From Epithemia pelagica (lineage: Eukaryota; Protista; Bacillariophyta): a stretch of DNA of 64,000 bases. Shown piece after piece: positions 54,060-64,000 of the stretch. The stretch spans positions 1,178,001 through 1,242,000 of the forward strand of contig OX337237.1 of the NCBI GenBank assembly GCA_946965045.2, in the 5' to 3' direction. The notes beneath the pieces are model-generated. The model was not told where the DNA came from and did not search any database. It saw only the letters and a list, made by a program, of their open reading frames with translations. Position 1 is the first letter of the stretch. The number at the start of each line of letters is the position of its first letter. Position numbers and translations under genes: made by a program.

Positions 54060-55868
54060 ATGGATCCTTTCTTGTTGTTGTTTGACACTGAACCCACTGA
54101 CATGCCGCAGAAATCCGACAACATGCAGCAACAACAACAAGGTCGTTGCAACAAGAACAAGCCTCGTCACTTTTCCATTGTGGATGATCCAGAGTTTTGG
54201 GAAGTGTGGTTCGTTACGGCTCTGGAAAGTCTCGACAGTTGTCCACCTCCGCCCCTGACAGAACACGACGACGAGAAAACAGAGCCCTACGACTTGCAGC
54301 ACACTGCAGAATGGTGGGCCGACCGTTTTGATAATGGGAACGGGAACGATCCTTCACGTATGATATCCCAGCATCCGTGGAGTACACGACAGAGACTGTC
54401 ACTGAAACCACACTTGCAGCAGCAACAGCAGCAGCAGCAGCATCCACAACAAGCACAAGGACCATCACCCGATGAGCTTGGTTGGAAGCATCACAACAAC
54501 CGGACCTTGGAGGATCGCGAGCATGGGAATTCTCGACCACCCCGAGCATTTGCCCTCTGGAACAAGAATCAAACCAAGGATTCCTTTCGCGGGGATAAGG
54601 ACACTGCACAACAAACGCCAATTCGAAATCAAGCCGCTTCGCGTCCCCATCGTCGATACCCTCCAGTGTTTGCCAACCTACTGTTACCCTACAATGCGTC
54701 ACCCCCATTGACAACAAACACAACCAATACCTCGGAAACGGGGATGAAAGAAACACTATCCGTCAGCACAACCAATACCACGGAAACGGGGATGAAAGAG
54801 ACTCGATCCGTCACAGCCCCTCTCGACCTTCGGTTGTCTCCACCACAAGAAATGTGCCCCCTTCTCGGCGACGAGACTCTTCCACAACCCCCACTCGTGT
54901 TTCTTGGAAACTTGCGAGTCTTGTCCATGATGGTCTACCCCCTCTTGCTTCTCGTCGTCTTGTTTTTCTGTGACTTGATTCGCACGCGCAATCGCATTCG
55001 GTCCCTCGAACAACGGATGCATCGAGACATGGAACGACACGAAACCGTCTGGAAGCAGCAACAACAACAACAACAACAACCGCCCGCCGTGGATCCCCAA
55101 CTCCAAGAGCAACATCAAGAGCAACTGGAATCCCTGCAGAAGCAAGTGGGGCGTCTGGAACAACAGGTGACTCACAATATCATGTTTGTCCTTCGAATCG
55201 TGTGTCCCGACGTGGTCGAATGGCCGGCTCAGGAATTGCAATCGGAATGGGAACCCTTTGTGTGTGGTCCACCACCATCATCATCACAAGGCAACAGCCA
55301 CAGTCACACAACAAAGACGGACGAAACTACCGTGACGGTGCAAGTGCATTTCTTACTCGTCAACTTGTTGAATCGCTGGATTCGACAACGGGTCTTGATC
55401 CCCACCCAACGACGCAAGGCTGTCTATATGGTGGTCGGATCGGGTACCACGGCCGTCGAGCTCTTGCTGACGCACCGCGAGACGGTCACCCAGGTGGTGC
55501 ACCAATTGCACGAGGTGGGAATTGGTCCCAAACTCGGCCTGGTCTATGCCTATCCGATTGACAATGATTTGGTAGGCATGCCTCCGGAACCAATACCAGA
55601 AAAAGCCGAGGGACCCGAAAACGAAGAGGGACTTCTCCTCGAAGAAACCATGACGACATCCTCGTCGTCTTCGGACGAAGACAAGAAACAACCTGCAATC
55701 GTACCACCATCCCTGCTGATTCCGGCCCAACCCAGTGCCCTACCGGGGCAACCAGCGAGTGCCCCCTCCTCAGCGGTCTTTGTCACGGAGCTCCCGCGAC
55801 ACACCGAAATGAGTGTCATGGACGGAGAGTATGTCCGCATCTCCAGCAGCGTGCTTTCCATGTCATGA
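54060..55868 (+). CDS. Hypothetical membrane-anchored coiled-coil protein with possible degenerate Smr-like domain
   Basis: Long ORF. TM segment VYPLLLLVVLFF, Q-rich coiled coil, VQVHFL..YMVVGSG..GLVYAY. Internal 48-bp repeat at 54719-54813. Confidence 0.6.
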   Translation: MDPFLLLFDTEPTDMPQKSDNMQQQQQGRCNKNKPRHFSIVDDPEFWEVWFVTALESLDSCPPPPLTEHDDEKTEPYDLQHTAEWWADRFDNGNGNDPSRMISQHPWSTRQRLSLKPHLQQQQQQQQHPQQAQGPSPDELGWKHHNNRTLEDREHGNSRPPRAFALWNKNQTKDSFRGDKDTAQQTPIRNQAASRPHRRYPPVFANLLLPYNASPPLTTNTTNTSETGMKETLSVSTTNTTETGMKETRSVTAPLDLRLSPPQEMCPLLGDETLPQPPLVFLGNLRVLSMMVYPLLLLVVLFFCDLIRTRNRIRSLEQRMHRDMERHETVWKQQQQQQQQPPAVDPQLQEQHQEQLESLQKQVGRLEQQVTHNIMFVLRIVCPDVVEWPAQELQSEWEPFVCGPPPSSSQGNSHSHTTKTDETTVTVQVHFLLVNLLNRWIRQRVLIPTQRRKAVYMVVGSGTTAVELLLTHRETVTQVVHQLHEVGIGPKLGLVYAYPIDNDLVGMPPEPIPEKAEGPENEEGLLLEETMTTSSSSSDEDKKQPAIVPPSLLIPAQPSALPGQPASAPSSAVFVTELPRHTEMSVMDGEYVRISSSVLSMS

Positions 55869-56261
55869 CGACTTCACTTGGGACATGCCGTAACAGCTGC
55901 AACAACGACAACAACATGACACAGTCTAGTCTCACGACAACTGGATCATGTCCATTCTGGATGGAATGCTGGACTCAACAAGTTCAAAGAGTATTCCCAA
56001 ACTCCCAGACGGTCAATCCTTTTTCGGGTCACCAGTTTTTGCTACAAAATTATGCGACAAAAAGGATTGCAACTCTCCTCACAAAAGCGGAGGACTACGC
56101 GAAAGCCGCCAGGTTTCGATCCCCAGGCACTCGGACAAGCAAGACACACAACAGCCGTTTCGAACCGAGCCTGTTTTTACAATAGCTAGTTGTATCATTA
56201 GTTTGTTTAATTTGTTTTCGTTTTTTCCCAATTATATACACTGTACCTGCTATAAACAGTT

Positions 56262-57092
56262 TCATAATCGACTCTGTTCGCCCACATCGGGCTGGGCCGT
56301 CTTGGTGTCGGTCGTTTGTTTGGGGGGAGGTGTCTTGTTGTTGTTGTTGTTGTTGTTTTGGGATTGATCTCGGAGTGCCTTGGCGCGTTGATAGGCCGGA
56401 CGACCATGACACCGATCGAGGTACGCCACGACATGAGTGGGATAGGTTTCGTGCCACCCATACACCTTGGCCCAATCCAAACAATGAACGTACAAAATGT
56501 CAGCTGCCGTAAACTGGTTGCCCAGGAGAAACCCTCCTTCGTCTGACGACTCGTCCTGATTTGTGGTGGTCGTCATGGCTTGTTTCAGCTGGTTGGACAG
56601 AACTTGATTCATTTGTTCAAAATGATTCCGACACGGCTGTTCCATTTCGGGGACATGGCCAAAATACCGGCCCAGGGCTGTATGTTTCCGATACACCCAA
56701 AGGGCTTGGGCATCCAATTCGGACATGAGAAACAAAATGGTTTGATCGTACAAGGCTCGTTCCTTGGTTCCCGCTGTAGGTACCAATGTACCACTGGAAT
56801 ACTTGTCTCCCAAATAATTGTTAATCGCCATGGATTCCGCCAGTATAAAGGGTGGGTCGTCGTCGTTGTTGCTGTCCTTGTCATCTGCCTTGAGTTGGTC
56901 CAAGGAAGGAGCACTGGTTTCAATCAGCACTGGTACTTTACCAGCAGGATTGTACTTTTTGACACCTCGCGTTTGCGGCAGAGTGGAATGAAGTTCGTAC
57001 GGTACACCCAATTCTTCCATCATCCAAATGCATCGAAAGGCCCGTGACCATGCTGGACCCACGAGATGGTAATGCTCGGTGGGTGACAACAT
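56262..57092 (-). CDS. Glutathione S-transferase
   Basis: SRAFRCIWMMEELGVPYE, NPAGKVPVL, LAESMAINNYL, FLLGNQFTAADI. Confidence 0.93.
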   Translation of the reverse strand: MLSPTEHYHLVGPAWSRAFRCIWMMEELGVPYELHSTLPQTRGVKKYNPAGKVPVLIETSAPSLDQLKADDKDSNNDDDPPFILAESMAINNYLGDKYSSGTLVPTAGTKERALYDQTILFLMSELDAQALWVYRKHTALGRYFGHVPEMEQPCRNHFEQMNQVLSNQLKQAMTTTTNQDESSDEGGFLLGNQFTAADILYVHCLDWAKVYGWHETYPTHVVAYLDRCHGRPAYQRAKALRDQSQNNNNNNNKTPPPKQTTDTKTAQPDVGEQSRL

Positions 57093-57274
57093 TTTTTTAT
57101 GGTCTTGTGCCTGGGTTTCGGATTGCTGTCGACGAGGAATGGTGCAGGGCTATCCAAGACAGTCGTCTCTATCTTATGGTAGAATGACAGCACACTCGGA
57201 CTCGGTGGGCACCAAGAGGATGGATCTGTTCCATAATGTTCCAGCCGACCAAAGAGTGGTGAGGTTCGGTCTTA

Positions 57275-57463
57275 TGGGAGCGTGATATTTTCTCATATCA
57301 TAATTTTTGCGCGCGTGTCCTGACATGGCAGCGTGACAAGATGATAAGGATGAATATCATGCGCAAATTTTTTACGCATGATATTCATCCTTATCATCCT
57401 ATCACGCTGGAGAATGTCTTTCAGCGCGCAAAAATTATGATATGAGAAAATATCACGCTCCCA
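57275..57463. mobile_element. 189-bp hairpin MITE
   Basis: Perfect 40-bp TIRs (57275-57314 and 57424-57463), inner perfect 24-bp inverted repeat (57340-57363 and 57375-57398), TA on both sides. Confidence 0.9.
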
Positions 57464-57465
57464 TA

Positions 57466-57951
57466 CCGTAAATGTTGGGTCTATTGCACCATTGCTTTAT
57501 TGCACCAAACGTATGATTTAACTGCTAAAGGAGCCTGTCTGCCAGAAATTCGCCCGCCCTTCCCTCCAACAGAGCCCCACTTGCTCTAAGAGGTATATAA
57601 AGAAGAAATCATAGTTGTAGTGGAGAGCGTGGGGGGAGAGACCATGCCAAAAAATCCTTATCTTTCACGAACTGACTGCATACATTTCGACCTTATATAA
57701 CATTAGAAGGGTAGGTCCGATCTTAATGAAACGCAGTGATTCGGAAAGCGCGTGACGAGCTCTTTAAAATGATGGTCTCACCATCGGTCAATTCAATAGT
57801 GTTCTTGAGTTACTCTTTCAAGCAATTTCTGGAATTATTCTATTATAGATTCAAAAAATTAACCACCAATCCGTTGAGGCCTACTACTTGGGCCTATAGT
57901 AAAAAGCATCCGGTCAATCAACGGATGGTGCAATAGACCCAACATTTACGG
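57466..57951. mobile_element. 486-bp Tc1/mariner-superfamily (pogo/Tc2-like) MITE
   Basis: Perfect 27-bp TIRs CCGTAAATGTTGGGTCTATTGCACCAT; TA flanks at 57464-57465 and 57952-57953. Confidence 0.9.
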
Positions 57952-58012
57952 TAAGACCGAACCTGAGAAATGATGGTTGCAATTGCAATATCTGCAATGC
58001 GTGTCGACCGTC

Positions 58013-58707
58013 ACCCCCTAGCGGGGGTGGCTAAGAGGGTTTAATTTCGTGTAGCCATCGGCAGGCATATCTCATTTTCACAACCACGATAACAACACGA
58101 CAATCAAACTTTGTTGTTGCTGGTGACCTCCTATGATCACCCCATCATGATCCGACCATCGTGTGATTCATATTAGTACCATGGTAGTGCATTGTGAGCG
58201 GCACAGTGCATGAGGGTCACTCTAGGCAAGGATGAAAATAGTGGCCCAGCTTTATGGCACGACACGAGACCATGATGGCCCCCAAAACCCATGGGAATAG
58301 AGGTCCTGCTGTCGATACACTCCGTTACTACTGTTATGTATATTTAGTACCATTAGGTGTCGAAACAATGAATGAAAAGAGCCATGCATCCCTCTGAGAT
58401 GCTTCGTTCGAAATGGTGAGGCGTTGCTTCCGTATGACCGTGCCACGAGGCATGGTGCCTGTGAACCAGCTCCACAATAGACTCAACCTTCATATTTTGG
58501 CCATGCAGATGTATCCTACGCTATTGGTTAGAGGCCTATGACTCGCCCGACAGGTACCAAGTGGTGCAACACCGAGGTCCGTGTTGTTATCGCGATGGAT
58601 GGAATGAGATATGCCTGTCGACTACCTAGAAACAGGTTATTTTTCTACCAGAGAGATGGGGGTGTTTCAACGAAATTACAACCTCAAAAACACCCCCGCT
58701 AGGGGGT
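58013..58707. mobile_element. Degenerate ~700-bp element with long interrupted inverted arms
   Basis: Matching inverted blocks: 17/17 (58013-58029 vs 58691-58707), TAATTTCGT, 18/19 (58058-58076 vs 58603-58621), 13/13 (58087-58099 vs 58580-58592). Confidence 0.7.
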
Positions 58708-58984
58708 CGGGCGTCATCATCGCGGAGACACACCCCAGCGTCATCATCTCCATTCACGGATTCGCAGGACCGGGTTACCTCCCAGAGCGGACGGACTAGC
58801 CATGGCGGTAGCCATAGAGGGAAGTACTCCTACAAGGTCCCTTGTTACAAAACTTGTCTTTATTCATGGCGCTTACCGAGTAAACGATGCACATGACTGC
58901 TACTGATGTAGGAGTAATCACCAACCAACCGGTTGTCACCAAGCATTGCGGTAATCATCGCAGCAAGCCTTCCGTTGAAGCTTA

Positions 58985-59053
58985 ACATCGGTAAACGGGC
59001 AAATCTCGCTTCAAGACACTGACTTTGCGTTCTGTTGGAATCCCCAACCAATT
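58985..59053 (-). pseudogene. 69-bp duplicated fragment of the TrmB 3' end
   Basis: 64/69 identical to 60579-60647 (NWLGIPTERKVSVLKRDLPVYRC). Confidence 0.85.
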
Positions 59054-59151
59054 TGTCCTTCTGGAAATGAACTCCAGCAAAAATAGTTCTTCACGACAAT
59101 GGAACGAGATCAAGGGAAGGATCAAGAAGGATACTGTCCCACGTCTCGTGG

Positions 59152-60333
59152 TTATTTGTCCCTCGCAAAAGAGCCCTGTACGACGGAATATTTCCATGCC
59201 TGATAAAACTCACGACCGGTATTGGGGTCCACCACAATATCCTTGTCCCGACCGGTCGTTTTCAAAATGTGTCGCCTCCGATACCGTAAAAACAAGCGTT
59301 CCCATCCCTTGGCAAAATCAGCCTTGACAAAGGCATCGCTCTGGATATAGTCGCGCATGGCTTCCAACAATTGTCGCTTGGACATTCTGTAAATGGCAGA
59401 CATGTCTAATTCTAGAACGGGCAAGTTCTCAAACTGTTTGTGGGTCCCACCCGGTCGAGCAGGCACAATGGGAATGATACCCAAGATTAACCATTCGTAG
59501 GTTCGATAGCAATCCCATCCCGCACCCTTGGGACTTATTCCAAACAAATACTGGGATCCGGCTCGATAAATTTCCACATTAGACATTTGGCTGGAAGTAC
59601 ACGAAATAGAATCACGTCTTGGGTTGGCTGTGACAATGTCACACAAAAAATCCCAAAGCGGTCCTCGCCACAATTTGGCGTATTCATGAACGCCAAATTT
59701 GACAAAGAGAGTATCGTAAAATGCATTGTCAATGGCCGTCGAAGTGGCATTGGGATCATCCAACACCTTCCAAACACTTGCGTTGGTCCATCGTTCCATT
59801 TGGACCCCGGAAAAGGGATTGGCGTAGTTCCTCAATTCCAAGTATCGATTAAAGAGTCGACTTTGTTCAAACCACTTGGCGAGTCCCAATGGAAAACTCT
59901 CGAATTTGCTCACGGCAAGGTCGTAGTGTTCATTCTTGGGGATATTGGTCAGCAATGGTGATTGTCCATACCATTTGAGCAATTTCTGTTCCGTCCCCAA
60001 TCGTTCGCCAAAGCTGAATGGCGAATCCGCATCGGATTCATTCGTAATAATCACAAAGGGGACAGTGATGTTGGGTAACAGTTGAGTAAAAAATTCCTCG
60101 AGTAAATTGCCATGATTATCAATTTGAAAAATAGTACCCGGTTGCAAGCAGGGAAATACCAAAGTGTCAAGACCCAGCTGTTGTTTGCCCTCTGTGGAAA
60201 AGAAACGAAGTCCATCGCGATTGTGATATTTTTCCAAACACAAATCGGCAATATCCAAACTATCGACAGTATTATCATCATTTGCATCGGGGATGGGCAA
60301 GTCCAAACACGGAAGGTTATCGTCTACTGTCAT
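59152..60333 (-). CDS. Exostosin/GT47-like glycosyltransferase (N-terminus unresolved)
   Basis: PFVIITNESDADSP, WYGQ, FPLGL, SPKGAGWDCYRTYEWLILGIIPIV motif. No clear membrane anchor in frame. Confidence 0.65.
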   Translation of the reverse strand: MTVDDNLPCLDLPIPDANDDNTVDSLDIADLCLEKYHNRDGLRFFSTEGKQQLGLDTLVFPCLQPGTIFQIDNHGNLLEEFFTQLLPNITVPFVIITNESDADSPFSFGERLGTEQKLLKWYGQSPLLTNIPKNEHYDLAVSKFESFPLGLAKWFEQSRLFNRYLELRNYANPFSGVQMERWTNASVWKVLDDPNATSTAIDNAFYDTLFVKFGVHEYAKLWRGPLWDFLCDIVTANPRRDSISCTSSQMSNVEIYRAGSQYLFGISPKGAGWDCYRTYEWLILGIIPIVPARPGGTHKQFENLPVLELDMSAIYRMSKRQLLEAMRDYIQSDAFVKADFAKGWERLFLRYRRRHILKTTGRDKDIVVDPNTGREFYQAWKYSVVQGSFARDK

Positions 60334-60524
60334 TTTCACTTCCAAATCTATCCAAGGTATGTATGACTCTCCTTACATCTTTCTGCATGATATTTTGCTT
60401 TTGGACCTTTGCATACATTCCTAGACCGAGAGCATAGCCAACATTGCAGCGACTGTCTCTTGACGATGGACATTCTACATGCAAGTACAAGCAGGAGGAG
60501 CAACGGGGTATCGTCAGGACTGGT

Positions 60525-61838
60525 TCATTCGATTTTGCTGTACGAATCGGGATGAATCGCACTGGTCCGGTAAAACAGACATCGGTAGACAGGCAAATCT
60601 CGCTTCAAGACGCTGACTTCGCGTTCTGTTGGAATCCTCAACCAATTGACGGACAAATACTCGGTCGGTGGTGCCGAATCGACAAAGTAGGTACTGGCAT
60701 TGCCAAACACCTGTCGCATCGACTCCAAGACAACCAACACATCGGATTGGAGAAAGACAACTCCTGTTTCGGGTGGCATGTACCGTGCCAACGTGTCCAC
60801 CAAGGCGTCTGTGACGACCCGTCGTTTGGCATGCTGTGTCTTGAAATGAGGGTCCGGAAATTGAATTGTGACGCGTTCCAGCAGTAGCCGATCTTGCAAC
60901 GGTTGAGTATCTGCTGCGCCATTGACAACTATGTCGTCCGCGTTGTTGCTGGTGGTGGTGCTTGTTGTGAAGGATGCTTCGTGATACAATCGCAACAAGC
61001 GATCGAGATCGACATTGGCATTGCATCCCAAAAATTCGACAACACCCGTCAAGTTGTGTACCCCTACACGATCCTTGGCAAGCTGAGCAACAGGTGGTCG
61101 AACTTCCAATCCCAAATAATTGTAGGGAAAGTCGTCCGTAGTGGACGATAGTTGTGACTGAGAGGAATGTGTCTCGTCAATGTGCGCTTCCGAACGACCA
61201 CCCTCGTGTGCTGCCAAGTCGAGCAAAAATCCTCCCTTTCCACAACCAATATCCAAATGAAGAGGTTTGCTCCCAGAGCAATCTTTAAAGACGTTTCGGG
61301 GCCATTGGTCCGACGATAAGAGAGTAGGGACTTGATACTTTCGTGCCAATGGATTCACGTGTTGTCGAAAACGAAGGTTGTTATTGCGTTTTTTCACCCT
61401 CAAGGTTTCCTTGACACTGGAGGAGTTCCACGTACACTCAGGCATCATTGTCGAAGATGGCATGGAGTGATTCTCATGAGCATCATCATTATTTTCCTTC
61501 TGTCCTTTGTCATCGGCAACATTGTTGGCGTCTAGGAGAACATTTTGTTCTGATGGATTGTCATTCAACGTACTGAAGCATGCGGAAGATGGCCGACTTT
61601 GAAAAACTCCTGAAGATCGAGACGGGGTGTTGACGGGTCTCGTACTTTGGTATTCGCTGGTCCTCGAATAATGGAACGCGTTGGAGAGTGCCGTGGGTGG
61701 ATATCCTCGGCGTCGATTCGCCAATGCGGAGAAGCTTGATCTAAACATCGGTTTCATCAATTGGAAAGTACTTGATGAAGTTAGAACCATTGTAAGCAAG
61801 AGTATAAGCATCATGGTGAAGCGTAGATATACCGACAT
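60525..61838 (-). CDS. trmB: tRNA (guanine-N7)-methyltransferase, organellar TrmB-type
   Basis: RFRQHVNPL, LDIGCGKGGF, GLEVR, FPDPHFK..HAKRRVV, FLQSDV, PTERE. Signal peptide followed by SST-F and a Ser/Arg-rich transit region. Confidence 0.92.
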   Translation of the reverse strand: MSVYLRFTMMLILLLTMVLTSSSTFQLMKPMFRSSFSALANRRRGYPPTALSNAFHYSRTSEYQSTRPVNTPSRSSGVFQSRPSSACFSTLNDNPSEQNVLLDANNVADDKGQKENNDDAHENHSMPSSTMMPECTWNSSSVKETLRVKKRNNNLRFRQHVNPLARKYQVPTLLSSDQWPRNVFKDCSGSKPLHLDIGCGKGGFLLDLAAHEGGRSEAHIDETHSSQSQLSSTTDDFPYNYLGLEVRPPVAQLAKDRVGVHNLTGVVEFLGCNANVDLDRLLRLYHEASFTTSTTTSNNADDIVVNGAADTQPLQDRLLLERVTIQFPDPHFKTQHAKRRVVTDALVDTLARYMPPETGVVFLQSDVLVVLESMRQVFGNASTYFVDSAPPTEYLSVNWLRIPTEREVSVLKRDLPVYRCLFYRTSAIHPDSYSKIE

Positions 61839-63131
61839 GGGATCTTTGTGAGAATTTGGATGGTAGAGATTGCACCGGGCGCGGGACGCTGGAGTGTGTA
61901 CAATTCATTGGCTCGCTCCATAGCTAGGAGTAGCAGGACGAATATGGACGCCTCCAGCTAGATCATGATGGATACTCCTACTTCTACTTTTAGGAGTTGA
62001 TCGTTTTGTCAACGCAATAGCACCTTCGTTTGATGAGCCTCGACTTTGGAGACCGTTCAAGTGCAAACTGGGGCTCAAGAGAGAACGGTCGAAGTTGAAA
62101 TTGTCAAAATCGAGGCAACGCAGCTCGGTCAAACACCCTTCATGCCACAAGTGAGAAGCCAACGAGGCATTGGAACCCGGCAGAACAAGAAAGGCGAATG
62201 ACTATCATGAAGTAAGTCTATTGATCTGATCATGGAAACGTCGCAAAGATAGCGAGAGAGTCCGGAAAGTCGAAAAAAGAAAAACTAGCGCTAGCAGAAA
62301 CTCTCTAGAGGGTGGGTCGGAAGATCCATGTGTATTCATGGACTATGGACACCCTTCCATTTGCGTCGATTATCATGCCCGTCGAGTCAACCCATAACCG
62401 ATAGACATCATCTATCATCTATCATCTCTCTGTTGTGTTGTCGTCGTCGATAGACATTCCCGGATCCCGGAATGACGCGCTCAAGGCCCAATGTTAAATC
62501 TTGTGATGACCCGGATGGATTGCTCCCCACGCGCTTTCCTCTCCTTCAACCTGGCAATTTGAGAAAATTCGAGAGACGTTATTTTGATGAACATGAGTAC
62601 CGCATAAGAATACTCTATACGTTTTATGTACTATGTGAGCGACTCATCACTCATCACATCTGCGTAAGACACGTGCTGGCACGCCCGACACCCCACGACC
62701 GCTCTCCATCCATGAATGTCAAAGATACCTTTGACTCACAATTCGCGATCTTTCCATCACTCTCGCTTCAACACTCTCCCCGCGCAGTGGTCCATTTTCT
62801 CGCAACAATCAAACATCCATTACACACCAAGAAAAGAAGTCAAGAATACTAACTAACTTCTGATTCGAAAACGAATTCGGGGAGCTGGAAACAAGACTGT
62901 TGGCGCTTGGTGTCACCTTTCTCACTGACTTGACCGAAGCATCGCTCTTTGTTGGGTTTTCCCGTGATTGGAGTCCTTCGTACATATCTGGTTTGTACTT
63001 GGGGCGTGAGGGTTTTTCTCATGATTCAAAGCAGCCGGACCAACACGGTCACTTCGTCTCCGTTTGCGGTAGTTGTGGAACCAGCAGCAGCACTGCGTGG
63101 TCCTTGCAACAACGATAGCGGTGGTGGTCAT

Positions 63132-63822
63132 ATGGAAAAGTATCGGCTGGTGCAGGAGCACAAAGCGGAAGAGTCTGAGGATTTCCTGGGCACTCAGACC
63201 AGTGGCAACCTTCCGGAAGTGCGAATCACACAAAAAGGGAAACCGAGGAATTACATTTCCTATGCCATGAACCTGTTTGTACGTCCAAGTTGATGTTGAA
63301 GTGTCCTTTGCTTTGCGATTTTCTCAAAAGGAATTCATTTGTTTCCTTCCTTTCATATTTTCTGTTTTGGTGTCTCTTGGTGTTGCGCATGGTCTTCAGG
63401 AGTCTGGACAGGTCACGATTGTTCTCAAGGCCATGGGGCGTGCCATCAACAAGGCAGTTACAATTGCAGAAATATTAAAGCGGAAGATGCCTCTGCATCA
63501 ATGGAATAATGTTTCGTCTGTGGAGATGATCGATGTCTATGAACCAGTGGAAGAAGGATTGGATGTGGTAACATCACGGAGATATGTCTCTTGTATGCAG
63601 ATCACACTGTCTCTCACATTAGCCGAGTCCAATTCCACGCTTCATCCCGGGTACCAGGCTCCTCTTGTGGAGGAGGAAATGCATCAACAACAACAACAAC
63701 ATCATCACCACTCCGGTCCAGCGGTGGCTGCCCCCGTCTCATCCCAACATCCGCCTCATCCCCATGGGGGTGGTGGCGGTGGAGGTCCCCTGGGTGCTGG
63801 ATTCATGATTGCATCGCCCTGA
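63132..63822 (+). CDS. Alba/Rpp25-family nucleic-acid-binding protein; exons 63132-63278 and 63400-63822
   Basis: EVRITQKGKPRNYISYAMNLF|ESGQVTIVLKAMGRAINKAVTIAEILKR. Phase-0 GTACGT..CAG intron. Confidence 0.9.
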
Positions 63823-64000
63823 ACCAACCAACCAACCTCTCTCACATGAAAATCACTTGAACAAATCGCTCCGTTTCTCTCTTTCATAAAAACACCCACC
63901 CACTCTTGGCATTTTGCGAAAGTCGCGTAGTTTTCTTCTCATCAACGATTGGTGGCATTGACACGAACTTTTGCGCCATCTGCTGCTGCTGTATACATGG

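Noticed and set aside
61905-62852. Short ORFs between TrmB and Alba (similar ones at 36492-36797, 41294-41725 and 52464-53008)
   Set aside because: No motifs or splice-supported models; cannot be distinguished from chance ORFs or unrecognisable remnants.

Overview
Eukaryotic genomic DNA, most likely from a diatom (inferred from short GT-AG introns, poly-Q/T low-complexity proteins, and bipartite/tripartite plastid presequences). The left half (1-32 kb) is a recent tandem segmental duplication of a block: DBP7-like DEAD-box helicase, TPR gene, Crinkler/RHS-type NTPase+nuclease gene, CRE-clade non-LTR retrotransposon. The copies are 1-13505 and about 18.3-31.9 kb. Between them, at the junction, sits a three-exon Crypton/Ndc10-type tyrosine-recombinase gene with a GCR1_C-like tail. 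The two Crinkler paralogs share a near-identical catalytic exon but carry unrelated first-exon 'headers', because a ~1 kb promoter+header cassette was swapped; one paralog also has a D-to-N change at the predicted nuclease Asp. Copy 1 of the retroelement holds a 724-bp solo LTR with a 5-bp target duplication. The right half is mostly housekeeping genes: DDX41, two double-domain EF1B-like genes, alpha/beta hydrolase, SAC1-like phosphatase, PPR, DUF2358+fibrillin-like, NAA38/LSM, GST, GT47-like, TrmB and Alba. It also contains two clusters of abutting non-autonomous TIR elements not shown by the ORF track (36.8-39.65 kb and 57.3-58.7 kb). All alignments were done by eye and no database searches were run. 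The duplication could partly reflect two haplotypes assembled in tandem.
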